A stretch of DNA of 55,354 bases. Origin: Candidatus Alloscybalousia sp. GTDB taxonomy: Bacteria; Bacillota_I; Bacilli_A; RF39; UBA660. The notes under the pieces are model-generated. The model had not been told where the DNA came from, searched no databases, and saw only the letters and a list, made by a program, of their open reading frames with translations. The stretch lies in assembly GCA_045595895.1 (NCBI GenBank), contig JAZOBJ010000029.1:1-55354 (forward strand), read 5' to 3'. Positions 1 to 10,021 of the stretch are shown here, piece by piece. Both the position numbers and the translations under genes were made by a program. Position 1 is the first letter of the stretch. Each line of letters starts with the position of its first letter.

Positions 1-53
1 AAACCAATTCCTCTAGTTCCACCAGTAACAACAGCTACCTTTCCTTTTAACAT
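1..53 (-). CDS. SDR-family oxidoreductase (FabG-like), 5' end only, runs off the window
   Basis: Reverse strand reads MLKGKVAVVTGGTRGIG (TGxxxGIG NAD(P)-binding motif), with a GGAGG RBS upstream. Confidence 0.85.
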   Translation of the reverse strand, partial: MLKGKVAVVTGGTRGIG

Positions 54-129
54 ATACCCTCCTATTTCAATAAATTAATTATATCAAATTCACAAAATTA
101 ATACAAAAAAAGATTTTTTTATCATCACT

Positions 130-157
130 TTGATTATCATACGAAATATGATATAAT
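130..157 (+). promoter_or_regulatory. SigA-type promoter for cdd
   Basis: TTGATT-16 nt-TATAAT with extended TG. Confidence 0.55.
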
Positions 158-265
158 ACATATAATAGTTTTAATGGAAGACATTAATGAATTAATATGA
201 AAATATAAAAAGAAAGAAATCAATTAAAAGGATTAATTCCTTAAGATTGATTATACGAGGTAATT

Positions 266-655
266 ATGTATAGAGAAGATATTGAATTAGCAAAGAAAGC
301 AAGATTAAATGCACACTCACCACATGGAAAATATTTTGTAGGTGCTTGTTTAAGATGTAAGGATGGCACAACATATTTAGGGTGCAATATTGAAAATCAT
401 GGAATTCAAGGATTATGTGCTGAAAGAACAGCATTTGCAAAAGCATTATCCGATGGTAAAAGAGAGTTTGAATCTATTGCAATTGTAGGTGCTCCAATGG
501 ATGAAGAACCAACAGTTAAGTGCATGCCATGTGGTTATTGTAGACAATTTATAAGTGAATTTGTAGATAATAATTTTAAATTTATTTTAGAAGATAACGG
601 TCAAATAATAACTTATACAATTGATGATTTATTACCTTATCGTTTTGATTTCTAA
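266..655 (+). CDS. cdd: Cytidine deaminase
   Basis: GCNIEN, CAERTA and PCGYCRQ zinc motifs of the tetrameric CDA family. Confidence 0.92.
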   Translation: MYREDIELAKKARLNAHSPHGKYFVGACLRCKDGTTYLGCNIENHGIQGLCAERTAFAKALSDGKREFESIAIVGAPMDEEPTVKCMPCGYCRQFISEFVDNNFKFILEDNGQIITYTIDDLLPYRFDF

Positions 656-666
656 AATTAATAATC

Positions 667-698
667 AAAGATGACTTTCTTTCAAAGTCATCTTTTTC
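667..698 (+). terminator. Intrinsic terminator after cdd
   Basis: AAAGATGACTTT/AAAGTCATCTTT stem followed by a T run. Confidence 0.8.
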
Positions 699-760
699 TT
701 TACTTATTTAATAATATTTACCATAATACCGTCTCCACTTTCTAGGACAGTTTTCTAAAT

Positions 761-784
761 AAAAAAAGCTCGAAAAGTTCGAGC
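761..784 (-). terminator. Terminator of tRNA-Met
   Basis: GCTCGAA/TTCGAGC stem followed by T7 on the minus strand. Confidence 0.7.
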
Positions 785-795
785 AGATTTTCTTA

Positions 796-872
796 TGGTA
801 GCGAGAGAGGGGATCGAACCCACGACCTTCCGGGTATGAACCGGACGCTCTAGCCAGCTGAGCTACCTCGCC
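796..872 (-). tRNA. tRNA-Met(CAT), elongator type
   Basis: GGCGAGGTAGCTCAGCTGGCTAGAGC...TTCATAC...TTCGATCCCC...CCA cloverleaf. Confidence 0.93.
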
Positions 873-884
873 ATAAACATTTAC

Positions 885-913
885 ATTGTATCAAATAAAA
901 ATATACTTGGCAA
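885..913 (-). promoter_or_regulatory. SigA promoter of tRNA-Met
   Basis: TTGCCA-17 nt-TACAAT. Confidence 0.7.
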
Positions 914-1022
914 TACTTTTTTTAATTTTTTTACTGTTAAAGCGTCCGAATATAATTCGATCCCCCATTTCCATTAATATTATTATCAAAAATAAACATT
1001 CTATTCAAAAGAAAAAGTGCTA

Positions 1023-2333
1023 CTAATTAGCACTCAACAACTTAATAAATTCTTCTTTTAAATGACTAATACTAGCACAGCTCATAAAACATATAACATT
1101 ATTTTTATATTCCAATAATTTACTAATACTTTCCTCTGAAATAATTTCCCCATTAGGAATTAAATCTAAAACACAACTAGAAGTAACCCCAGGATAATCT
1201 GCTTGTCTTTCACGATTACAGTCAATTTCAGTCATATAAACTTTATCAGCCTTGCCTAAAGCCTCAGCAAACTCTTTCGTAAATGCTTCTGTTCTTGAAT
1301 AAGTATTAGGTTTGAATAAAGCTATTATTTTCTTATTTGGATATTTTAATCTAGCTGCATCAAGTGTAACAGCTATTTCTGTAGGATGATGAGCATAATC
1401 ATCAATAATAACAGTATCTCCTACTTTAGTTTCCATAAATCTTCTTTCAGCATTCTTAAAATTAACAAGTAGACTATTAATTTTATCTTTTTCAATTCCT
1501 AAATAATCACACACAATAATACAAGCTAAAGTATTAAGAATCATATGATTACCAACTAATGGAATATTAAAATTACCAAATAGTTGACTATCTTTATAAA
1601 CATCAAAGCAACTTCCACTATCACTAACAACCACATTCTTAATAACATAATCATTGCCATCATTAAATCCATAGAAAATAACTTTTTTATCAAAATTAAT
1701 TTTTCTAACATTAGAATTATCACCACAAGCAACAACTAAATCTTTAGTGTTGCCTACAAACTTTTCAAAAGTATGAATAATATCATCAATATCACTATAA
1801 CACTCAGTATGTTCAAGTTCTATATTAGTAATTACTGAAATAGTTGGATGATAAGCTAAAAAATGTCTGTTAAATTCATCTGATTCAATTACGAATAATT
1901 CATTTTCTTTATTTGCATGTCCTTCGCCAGAACCAATAAAATAATTACATCCATAAACATTGTTAACAACATGGCTAATAAGTGATGAAGTTGTAGTTTT
2001 ACCATGAGTACCACTTACTGAAACTGTTTTAAATAAACTAGTTAAATCACCTATTATTTCATTATAAGGTTTAATAGTTAAACCAAGTTCTTGAACTCTC
2101 TTTATTTCAGGATGTTCCACACTAAAAGCCTTAGAATAAGTAACAATAACATCTTTATCTAAAATAGAACTACCATCATAAAAAATATTTATATTTCTTT
2201 CATCTAATCCTTTTTGGGTAAACTTATAATCTTTTGCATCATCATAACCAGATACACTATTTCCTAAATCATGAAGCAAACAAGCTAGAGTTGCCATACC
2301 TGATCCTTTTATGCCAATACAATAATATTTCAT
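1023..2333 (-). CDS. murC: UDP-N-acetylmuramate--L-alanine ligase
   Basis: IGIKGSGM, GTHGKTTT and DDYAHHPTEI motifs. Confidence 0.96.
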   Translation of the reverse strand: MKYYCIGIKGSGMATLACLLHDLGNSVSGYDDAKDYKFTQKGLDERNINIFYDGSSILDKDVIVTYSKAFSVEHPEIKRVQELGLTIKPYNEIIGDLTSLFKTVSVSGTHGKTTTSSLISHVVNNVYGCNYFIGSGEGHANKENELFVIESDEFNRHFLAYHPTISVITNIELEHTECYSDIDDIIHTFEKFVGNTKDLVVACGDNSNVRKINFDKKVIFYGFNDGNDYVIKNVVVSDSGSCFDVYKDSQLFGNFNIPLVGNHMILNTLACIIVCDYLGIEKDKINSLLVNFKNAERRFMETKVGDTVIIDDYAHHPTEIAVTLDAARLKYPNKKIIALFKPNTYSRTEAFTKEFAEALGKADKVYMTEIDCNRERQADYPGVTSSCVLDLIPNGEIISEESISKLLEYKNNVICFMSCASISHLKEEFIKLLSAN

Positions 2334-2390
2334 TTAAATCACTCCTATTTAATTATACAAATTAAAAGAGTGATTTACAACTAAATCACT

Positions 2391-3158
2391 CTAATTATTG
2401 AATTTTTGTCTAACATTCTTTAAAATTTTAAGATACCTTCTATTAATACATTGCCTAGTAACACCATATTTCGCACTTATCTGATTATGGTTTTTAGGTA
2501 TATTATCAACAAAACCAAACTTTTCCCTAAAAATATCAGCATCTTTCATAGAAAAATTATTCTGTACATAATCTAAAACTTCTTCAGCAAACAGTTTTTG
2601 AACAACTACATCTTCTAAACAATAATCAAAAGTTATACTATCACCAATAGTAAAATCATTATTATCAAATTTTCTATTATTCTCATTTTTATACATAACA
2701 GCATCAATCGAATAAGCACTATTATAATATTTAGTTATCTTTAATAATAATTCAACAAATTTCTCATCAAGCCTATAATTTAAATAAGAAAAATTATCAA
2801 TCACAAATTGAACCATTTCATCCATCGACATCATATTACCTGTTTTCATATAATATGACATTCTAACACGTTCTAACTTAGCAGCAGCTACTATTAAATC
2901 AGGTGTCATCCAAACCGTTGAATTCTTCTTGGTTATATAATTTATAATACCATACTTAACAGTTGTATAAGCATATGTGCTAAGTGAGGACTTACTATCA
3001 TCATAATTACTATAACCTGAAATTAAGGCTAAATAGCCCTCTTGTATTAAATCATCATATTCAATACTAGAATCAGTAACTTGATAATAATATCTATCAG
3101 CCAGTTCTTTTAGATAACCGCCAAATTTAGAAATATATTCTTCTAAACTCATCTTCAT
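2391..3158 (-). CDS. Divergent sigma-70 family RNA polymerase sigma factor
   Basis: Region 2 (DDLIQEGYLAL...STYA) and region 4 HTH (ISAKYGVTRQCI); no region 1. Confidence 0.8.
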   Translation of the reverse strand: MKMSLEEYISKFGGYLKELADRYYYQVTDSSIEYDDLIQEGYLALISGYSNYDDSKSSLSTYAYTTVKYGIINYITKKNSTVWMTPDLIVAAAKLERVRMSYYMKTGNMMSMDEMVQFVIDNFSYLNYRLDEKFVELLLKITKYYNSAYSIDAVMYKNENNRKFDNNDFTIGDSITFDYCLEDVVVQKLFAEEVLDYVQNNFSMKDADIFREKFGFVDNIPKNHNQISAKYGVTRQCINRRYLKILKNVRQKFNN

Positions 3159-3239
3159 CCAAAATCACCCCCATAAGTAAGCGCTATTATACCATAAAAC
3201 ATAAAAAAAGACAATCTAGAATACTAGATTATCTTATTA

Positions 3240-5603
3240 TTACTCAACAATACAAGTACCAGTATAATTAGGAAGAATATTACCTGTTGTACCAGAAACG
3301 GTTGGATTATTAGTTCCATTTGTAAATGTTACATTCGAAGAATAATTAATATAACCAGTTGAACTATTAGCTAAATCATATTGAGCTGAGTTAACTATAG
3401 TATTACATATGTTAACAGTACCAGTACTATTATTTAATATACCAAATTTTCCAGAAATAACATAAGCATTCTGTATATTTGTTATACCACCATCACTATT
3501 GTTATTAACCCCTTGGTTACCACCATAATAAGTACCACCATTTATATTGATAACACCAGTATAATTTTGAACTGCACTATTACCAGTATTATTAGTTGTG
3601 CCATCTCCTTCACCATAAACGCATAAACCACTAGTAGTATCAGAAAAATTATTAGTACAATTATTAGCTTTATTAGCTGTAATATTAATAATACCACTAG
3701 AACCATTTATTATTACAGGTTTCCATTCTTGGGCCAATGATGATATATATAAAGGATTATTAGACTGCAAAATATTTATAACACCAGTTGAAATATTTGC
3801 CAGTGCATTGCCACTAACACTTTTTATATTACCACCATATATATTGACTGTAGCTAAAGAATTATTATACACCCCATGAGTATTCGCAATAATTTCTCCA
3901 TCATAAATATTTATTGTAGATGTTGACAAAGAGTCAGGTTCAAAACCAATTCCATGAGAAGCACCAATTATTTTACCACCATACATATTCAATACAGCTG
4001 GTTCGTTAAAATTAGAACGAATAGTTGCACCAAGAGTACCAACTTTTTCAATTGTACCACCATAAACATTAGTTGTACCAGATCTTAATATAATTGAGCT
4101 ATTTTCATTACCTTTTACATACGTACCTGACAAAAAGTCACCATTGGAATCAAAAGTTGCCTCAGTACCATAAACATTCAAAATACCATCATTAAGAACA
4201 AATAACGTTGCAGTACCATCATTAGTAGGATGATTATTAATAAATTGTCCATTATGTATATTCGTAATTCCGTATGTTAAAATTACTCTAGAATAACTAT
4301 TAATAGTTCCGGTTTTACTATATTGGTTTACATCTAATGTACCATAATTCAATATACAATAAGTTTCTGAAAAATTAATAACATGACCATTTAGTTCTAG
4401 AGCAATTTCTTTTGATTCATTAATACTAATATTGTTATTTCTCTCTATATCATTAGTCATAATAACTACACCTTTAGTTTTACTAGCAATTGCATTTTCA
4501 ATAGTATTATGTATTTTACAATCAAAATACAATCTATCATTTCCATCAATATAACTACACATTATAGCTTCCTTTAATGACGATAGTGAAAATGACGAAA
4601 CAACTGAATCAATGCCATGATATATTTTTAAATCATCATTATTACCTACTGCTACTACTCTAACAGCATTTCCTACATTATTATCTTGATCAGTAATACT
4701 ATAAGTAATGTAATAAATACCTTCCTTACTTGTATCTATATTTGAAACTGTAGTAGTTTCAGTTCCATCATAGTATTCATATTTTTTTGTTACTTGACTA
4801 ACCGTCAATGTATCTTGATCATCAACTATTCTATTAACGCCCAAATCAACATAAGTAGAATTAGTATTAATAATCATATCTTGATTACCATTTTTATCTT
4901 TATTTAAATAAATAATAGGTGCAGTATCAACAACATATCCATCATCTACATCCTGAATACTATCTACTACTACTCTTGCCTTAAATGTTTTACCTTGAAT
5001 ATCATTAGGAGCATTTATATCTATCCACAACTTAATTCCTATAGTATTACTTTGAGTTGGTTCTAATTTCATATCGATTAAAAATACTAAACTACCACCC
5101 AAATTACTTAATAAAACTGGTTCTGAATAACTACTACCATCAACACTATAAGCTAGTTTTATATATTCAGGTGATATTAAATCTTTAATACTATTATCCA
5201 TTTCAAGTCTTACTTGATATCTTGCATTAATATTACCATTATTAGTTACATTAAATTCATGAGCAGTTTGATTCAATCCTTGACTATTAGTCATTGGATA
5301 TAAATCAGAAATATTTATAACATCAGTTTTCTTTGTATAATCTACTGCCAAAGTACCAGTATAAATAACGAACTGTTTAGCTTTAACTGTGTAAGTAAAA
5401 AAAGCATAACTTCCACCCAAAACAAACACAAAAACTACTACTAAAATCATCGAAAATACAACTGTTGAATATTTACTAAAAGTTTCTTTTAAATTATTAG
5501 TTTTCTTTTTCATAACTATCAGTGCCTCATTTTCATCATTACCTAATTTTATATCATAATCATTTTTCTTATTTTTTCTAAAAAAGTAATTATCTTTTTT
5601 CAT
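3240..5603 (-). CDS. Large surface protein: SipW/TasA-type N-terminal domain, Ig-like (DUF5011-like) domain and beta-helix repeats
   Basis: Hydrophobic stretch ending GGSYAFFT; N.G.I.A.Y and KLWI TasA-like motifs; VDTAPII...ITYSITD Ig-like segment; repeated I.I.GG.I; start uncertain. Confidence 0.7.
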   Translation of the reverse strand: MKKDNYFFRKNKKNDYDIKLGNDENEALIVMKKKTNNLKETFSKYSTVVFSMILVVVFVFVLGGSYAFFTYTVKAKQFVIYTGTLAVDYTKKTDVINISDLYPMTNSQGLNQTAHEFNVTNNGNINARYQVRLEMDNSIKDLISPEYIKLAYSVDGSSYSEPVLLSNLGGSLVFLIDMKLEPTQSNTIGIKLWIDINAPNDIQGKTFKARVVVDSIQDVDDGYVVDTAPIIYLNKDKNGNQDMIINTNSTYVDLGVNRIVDDQDTLTVSQVTKKYEYYDGTETTTVSNIDTSKEGIYYITYSITDQDNNVGNAVRVVAVGNNDDLKIYHGIDSVVSSFSLSSLKEAIMCSYIDGNDRLYFDCKIHNTIENAIASKTKGVVIMTNDIERNNNISINESKEIALELNGHVINFSETYCILNYGTLDVNQYSKTGTINSYSRVILTYGITNIHNGQFINNHPTNDGTATLFVLNDGILNVYGTEATFDSNGDFLSGTYVKGNENSSIILRSGTTNVYGGTIEKVGTLGATIRSNFNEPAVLNMYGGKIIGASHGIGFEPDSLSTSTINIYDGEIIANTHGVYNNSLATVNIYGGNIKSVSGNALANISTGVINILQSNNPLYISSLAQEWKPVIINGSSGIINITANKANNCTNNFSDTTSGLCVYGEGDGTTNNTGNSAVQNYTGVININGGTYYGGNQGVNNNSDGGITNIQNAYVISGKFGILNNSTGTVNICNTIVNSAQYDLANSSTGYINYSSNVTFTNGTNNPTVSGTTGNILPNYTGTCIVE

Positions 5604-5699
5604 ACAACACCTCATCTCTAGTGTTATCTATTTTAATAACTTTATTATACACTTTTTAATCTATATTTTCAATCAAATAAAAGAAAAAAAAAGAGATTT

Positions 5700-5879
5700 T
5701 TAATTATCTCTTTTAACATTTTTATTAACTTTTTCTAACTTTTTCTTATCACGACACCTCTTACATCTTTTAGGCTCATTAGTAAAACCTTTTTCATGAT
5801 AAAATTCCTGGTCTCTAGATGTAAAAACAAACTCATAACCACAATCTACACACTTAATTTTTTTATCTTGATATTCCAT
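5700..5879 (-). CDS. Small zinc-ribbon protein (59 aa, not in ORF track)
   Basis: MEYQDKKIKCVDCGYEFVFTSRDQEFYHEKGFTNEPKRCKRCR...; AAGGAGG RBS. Confidence 0.9.
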   Translation of the reverse strand: MEYQDKKIKCVDCGYEFVFTSRDQEFYHEKGFTNEPKRCKRCRDKKKLEKVNKNVKRDN

Positions 5880-6061
5880 ATTCCCTCCTTAACTTAAATA
5901 TTGGATCTGTTATTAAATTCCATTATCTTCAATAAGAAGGAAAAAGAGTTTAAATAAATAGTCCAGTGATATTCTTCCAAAAAAATGTAACATATCTAAT
6001 ATAAGATATGTAGTAAAATAAAATAATGAACTATTTTTTAAAGTTTTGATATAATAGTCAT

Positions 6062-6973
6062 GTGATGTTTATGAAAAATGTATTAAAAAAATGTAATTTA
6101 TGTCCTAGAAATTGTTTAGTCGATAGAAGCAAATCTGTTGGTATATGTGGTATGAAAAATAAATTAGTAGTTGCTAAAGCATATCTCCATATGTGGGAAG
6201 AACCATGTATTTCAGGAACAAATGGTAGTGGTACTATTTTCTTTACAGGATGTAACTTAAAATGTATATTCTGTCAAAATAGAGATATTAGTACTAAATT
6301 AATAGGTCAAGAAATAACCATAGAAGATTTTGCTAATATCTGTATAAATTTAGAAAAACAAGGAGCACACAATATCAATTTAGTTACCCCTACTCACTTC
6401 GTTCCATTAATAGTTAAAGGACTACAACTCGCTAAACAAAAAGGTCTATCTATACCTATTGTTTATAATACTAGTAGTTATGAAACGGAAGAAACAATTA
6501 AAATGTTAGATGGCCTAATAGATATATATTTACCAGATTTAAAATATTATAATGATGAGTATGCTATTAAATATTCACATGCTCCTAACTATTTTAATAA
6601 CGCTAGTAAAGCTATATCAGAAATGTATAAACAAGTAGGAAATCCTATTTTTGATGATAATAAAATTATGAAAAAAGGAATTATAGTAAGACATATGATG
6701 ATGCCAAACTTAAAAGAAGATACTAAAAAAATATTAGAATATTTATATAAAACATATAAACACAATATTTATATCAGTATCATGAACCAATATACCCCAA
6801 TCAAACATTTTGAAAGATATCAAGAACTAAATAATAAAATAACCGAAAGTGATTACGATGAAATAATAAATTATGCCCTAGATTTAGGTATAGAAAAAGC
6901 CTTCATACAAGAAGGCGAAACACAAACATCGAGCTTTATTCCTGATTTTTTGAATCAAGAGCTTCCTCTTTAG
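6062..6973 (+). CDS. Radical SAM protein, PflX-like (putative activating enzyme)
   Basis: CNLCPRNC, EEPCISG and CNLKCIFCQN (CxxxCxxC) motifs. Confidence 0.88.
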   Translation: MMFMKNVLKKCNLCPRNCLVDRSKSVGICGMKNKLVVAKAYLHMWEEPCISGTNGSGTIFFTGCNLKCIFCQNRDISTKLIGQEITIEDFANICINLEKQGAHNINLVTPTHFVPLIVKGLQLAKQKGLSIPIVYNTSSYETEETIKMLDGLIDIYLPDLKYYNDEYAIKYSHAPNYFNNASKAISEMYKQVGNPIFDDNKIMKKGIIVRHMMMPNLKEDTKKILEYLYKTYKHNIYISIMNQYTPIKHFERYQELNNKITESDYDEIINYALDLGIEKAFIQEGETQTSSFIPDFLNQELPL

Positions 6974-7181
6974 GATCTAATTTTTCTCTATACTTAGACA
7001 AACAAAATTCTATAATAAAACTAATAATAGCATAAATAGGACTTACCTCTGCTACTAAAGAATATATAGCTAAACCAAGAGTAATTAAACCAAAGATGAT
7101 AATTAAATATTTTAATATCTTTCTTTGTTTTACTCTTTTTATTTTCTGTTCATTTGTTAATTTAGTCATTTTTATCCTCAA
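6936..7181 (-). CDS. Small membrane protein
   Basis: Two hydrophobic helices; overlaps the upstream gene; start may be MTKL. Confidence 0.65.
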   Translation of the reverse strand: MRIKMTKLTNEQKIKRVKQRKILKYLIIIFGLITLGLAIYSLVAEVSPIYAIISFIIEFCLSKYREKLDPKEEALDSKNQE

Positions 7182-7767
7182 CGTTTATTTCTATAATAGC
7201 ATTTTTCATATCTTTATGTACTTCATGCATTTCCCTTTTTAACATAACTGAGTTAGTCAAATCTAAAAGTGCATATAAAATCATAAAAATACCCATTACT
7301 TTAGTTATCGCTAAAGCACCACTAAATGGATTAATAATAAATAAAATCCCACAAATAATAATTAAAATTGAAAATACTAACGATGTTGTAAAATTCATTC
7401 TTTGTCTTCTAAGTTCAAGTGCATATTGTAAACGATTAATTCCATTAATAATAAAGTAAATACCTAAAATAAATGGTAAAATACTAGCTACTAACCCAGT
7501 ATTAATTATTAAAATCAATCCAATAATCATAGTAACAATCCCAGTAATTAAACTAGGTTGATATTTATTTTTTAGATAATCAATCAAAGATGTAATACCA
7601 GGTATTAAAATAATACCTCCTAAAATAATCGAAACAATACGTATAATTGTATCTGGTTGAATAAATAAAAATATCCCAAGTACCAATATAACTACTGATG
7701 TAACTATTGATGCATTAAATATTTTATTCATTCCTTTTTTTATATCATTCATCATATTTACCTCCAC
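7162..7767 (-). CDS. DUF308/HdeD-family membrane protein
   Basis: Six hydrophobic helices with G.....P repeat pattern. Confidence 0.75.
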   Translation of the reverse strand: MEVNMMNDIKKGMNKIFNASIVTSVVILVLGIFLFIQPDTIIRIVSIILGGIILIPGITSLIDYLKNKYQPSLITGIVTMIIGLILIINTGLVASILPFILGIYFIINGINRLQYALELRRQRMNFTTSLVFSILIIICGILFIINPFSGALAITKVMGIFMILYALLDLTNSVMLKREMHEVHKDMKNAIIEINVEDKND

Positions 7768-7804
7768 TACTATAAATTATAACTCTATTTTTAAGTTTTG
7801 TTAA

Positions 7805-8647
7805 CTATAAATTTCTCATAAATTCTCTTGGAATATTAATTTCAAAAGAAAGTATTCTATTAGTTTTTAAATCCCTAATATCCAATCGATTTGCACAAAG
7901 TAATAATCTTTTTCCTTTAATATTACCGTACTTTTTATCCCCAATTATTGGATGTCCTATTTCATTAAGTTGAACTCTTATTTGATTTTTTCTACCTGTC
8001 TCAATTAATACTTTTAATAAGCTATTATTATTTTCTTTTACTACTTCGTAATTAGTTATAGCTTTCTTTCCATCTTTAGCCACATAAACTATATTAGCTT
8101 TATTTTCTTTTAAGAATGATACTAACTTATCTTTTTTCCTATTAAGAATTCCCAAAACAACAGCTGCATATTCTCTCTTTATTGCAATATTTTCCCAGTT
8201 TTCTTGAATCTTATCTCTTAAACTTTCATCCTTACAGAATAATACCAATCCACTAGTTTCCTTATCTAAACGATGAACAATAAATATTTTTTCATGACTT
8301 TTCTTACTATGTATATACTCCCTAACCATATGGTATAAAGTTCTATTTTTCTCTTTATCAGTTGAAATAGTTAACATCCCACTAGGTTTATTAACAACTA
8401 AATAATTACTATCTTCATAAACTATATCAACACTACCAATCTTAGTAGTCTTTTTTTCTTTTGAAACCTCAACTTCATCTTTAACTCTTAAGTTATAATC
8501 AAAATTACTTACAGTCTTTCCATTTACAGAAATATTTTTATACTTTAACAAGCTTTTTAATTTAGTTTTAGTATAATCAGTATATTCTAATAAATAATCG
8601 AGTAAATTACTATTCTTTTTAACAACCAATTTCATATTATTCTTCAC
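7805..8647 (-). CDS. RluA-family pseudouridine synthase
   Basis: S4 domain, NKPSG, VHRLDKETSG and TGRKNQIR motifs. Confidence 0.92.
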   Translation of the reverse strand: MKNNMKLVVKKNSNLLDYLLEYTDYTKTKLKSLLKYKNISVNGKTVSNFDYNLRVKDEVEVSKEKKTTKIGSVDIVYEDSNYLVVNKPSGMLTISTDKEKNRTLYHMVREYIHSKKSHEKIFIVHRLDKETSGLVLFCKDESLRDKIQENWENIAIKREYAAVVLGILNRKKDKLVSFLKENKANIVYVAKDGKKAITNYEVVKENNNSLLKVLIETGRKNQIRVQLNEIGHPIIGDKKYGNIKGKRLLLCANRLDIRDLKTNRILSFEINIPREFMRNL

Positions 8648-9251
8648 CTATTTCAAATACTATCATCGAAGTAATAACTGGTTGATTTTCTTTTAACACT
8701 GTACCGTTATCATCTTCAACTTTTACCTTAACTAATTCATCAACTACATCCATACCAGCAATAACTTTTCCAAATGCAGCATATTCACCATCTAAACTAG
8801 TTCTATCTTCATGCATTATAAAGAATTGGCTTGAAGCAGAATTATAGGAATCAGATCTTCTAGCCATTGAAACAGTTCCCCTTACATGAGAAATATTATT
8901 TTTAATTCCATTGGCAGCAAATTCACCCTTAATATTTTTACTAGAACCACCTGAACCATTACCTTCAGGATCCCCACCTTGAACCATAAAACCATCGATA
9001 ATTCTATGAAATGTTAACCCATTATAAAAACCATCATTAACTAAATTAACAAAATTAGTAACAGTAATTGGTGCAACATCAGCATCAAGCTCTAATGTAA
9101 TATTACCATAATCCTGTATTTTCATTTCTACATAATGTTTACCTGTCAATAATTGAACATCCTCTTTATTAATTAAGTTATTAATAACTAAAATACTAAC
9201 AATCACAACAATACTAACAACTACAAAAATTATATTTTTATTTTCTTTCAT
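8637..9251 (-). CDS. Membrane-anchored cyclophilin-type peptidyl-prolyl isomerase
   Basis: FHRIIDGFMVQGGDP, SMAR and SQFFI motifs; N-terminal TM helix. Confidence 0.93.
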   Translation of the reverse strand: MKENKNIIFVVVSIVVIVSILVINNLINKEDVQLLTGKHYVEMKIQDYGNITLELDADVAPITVTNFVNLVNDGFYNGLTFHRIIDGFMVQGGDPEGNGSGGSSKNIKGEFAANGIKNNISHVRGTVSMARRSDSYNSASSQFFIMHEDRTSLDGEYAAFGKVIAGMDVVDELVKVKVEDDNGTVLKENQPVITSMIVFEIGEE

Positions 9252-9335
9252 TCAACTCATCTCCAATACAATTAATTATAAATTATTTTAAACAAAAACT
9301 CAAGCTGTGATATAATTTGAATAAGAGGTGTTTTT

Positions 9336-9992
9336 ATGACTATAGGTATTATTGCGGCAATGGATAAAGAAATTAAAAAATATAAAGAAATATTTAATTT
9401 AGAATTAGTAAATAAAACTTTAAACATATTTGAGGGAAGCTTTAAAGATAAAAGAATTGTATTATGTTTATCAGGAATTGGTAAGGTAAATGCAGCAGCA
9501 ACAACACAATATTTAATAGACAAATATAAACCAAGTATTATCATAAATTCAGGTTGTGCTGGAAGTTTAACTGAAGAAGTAAAAGTACTAGATACAATAA
9601 TTGCAAATTATGTTACATATCATGACTTTAACCCAATACGTATTATGGAAGCTTGTGTTCCCGATAATGGACTAGTAAAAACAGATGACAGCATAATCAA
9701 AAATTTAAAAACAATTTTAGAGGAAAACAATATTAAATATCATATTGGTGGAATTGCTAGCGGTGACTGTTTTGTTACATCAAGTGAAATGAGAGACGCT
9801 ATTTATTCTAGAACTAAATGTTTAGCTGTTGATATGGAAAGTGCAAGTATTGGTCATATTTCAAAAAAGAATAATATTCCATTTATTATAATTCGCTCTA
9901 TTTCTGATTTTGCCGATGGCATAGAAGAACAAGAAGAACAGGCAGCTAATATTTCTGCTATTATTACTAAAGATTTAATTAATAAATTATAA
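9336..9992 (+). CDS. mtnN: 5'-methylthioadenosine/S-adenosylhomocysteine nucleosidase
   Basis: IGIIAAM, SGIGKVNAA, DMES and RSISD motifs. Confidence 0.92.
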   Translation: MTIGIIAAMDKEIKKYKEIFNLELVNKTLNIFEGSFKDKRIVLCLSGIGKVNAAATTQYLIDKYKPSIIINSGCAGSLTEEVKVLDTIIANYVTYHDFNPIRIMEACVPDNGLVKTDDSIIKNLKTILEENNIKYHIGGIASGDCFVTSSEMRDAIYSRTKCLAVDMESASIGHISKKNNIPFIIIRSISDFADGIEEQEEQAANISAIITKDLINKL

Positions 9993-10020
9993 AAGTTCCC
10001 ACAAATTGTAGGAACTTTTT
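9991..10020. terminator. Bidirectional terminator between mtnN and sigK
   Basis: AAAAGTTCC...GGAACTTTT between convergent genes. Confidence 0.8.
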
Positions 10021-10021
10021 T

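Noticed and set aside
266-655. cdd as the enzyme editing C55
   Set aside because: It is an ordinary 129-aa free-nucleoside deaminase with no THUMP or other RNA-binding domain; nothing links it to the tRNAs
728-738. ACCGTCTCCAC resembling a tmRNA 3' end or att site
   Set aside because: Only about 11 nt, with no T-arm or other mobile-element evidence
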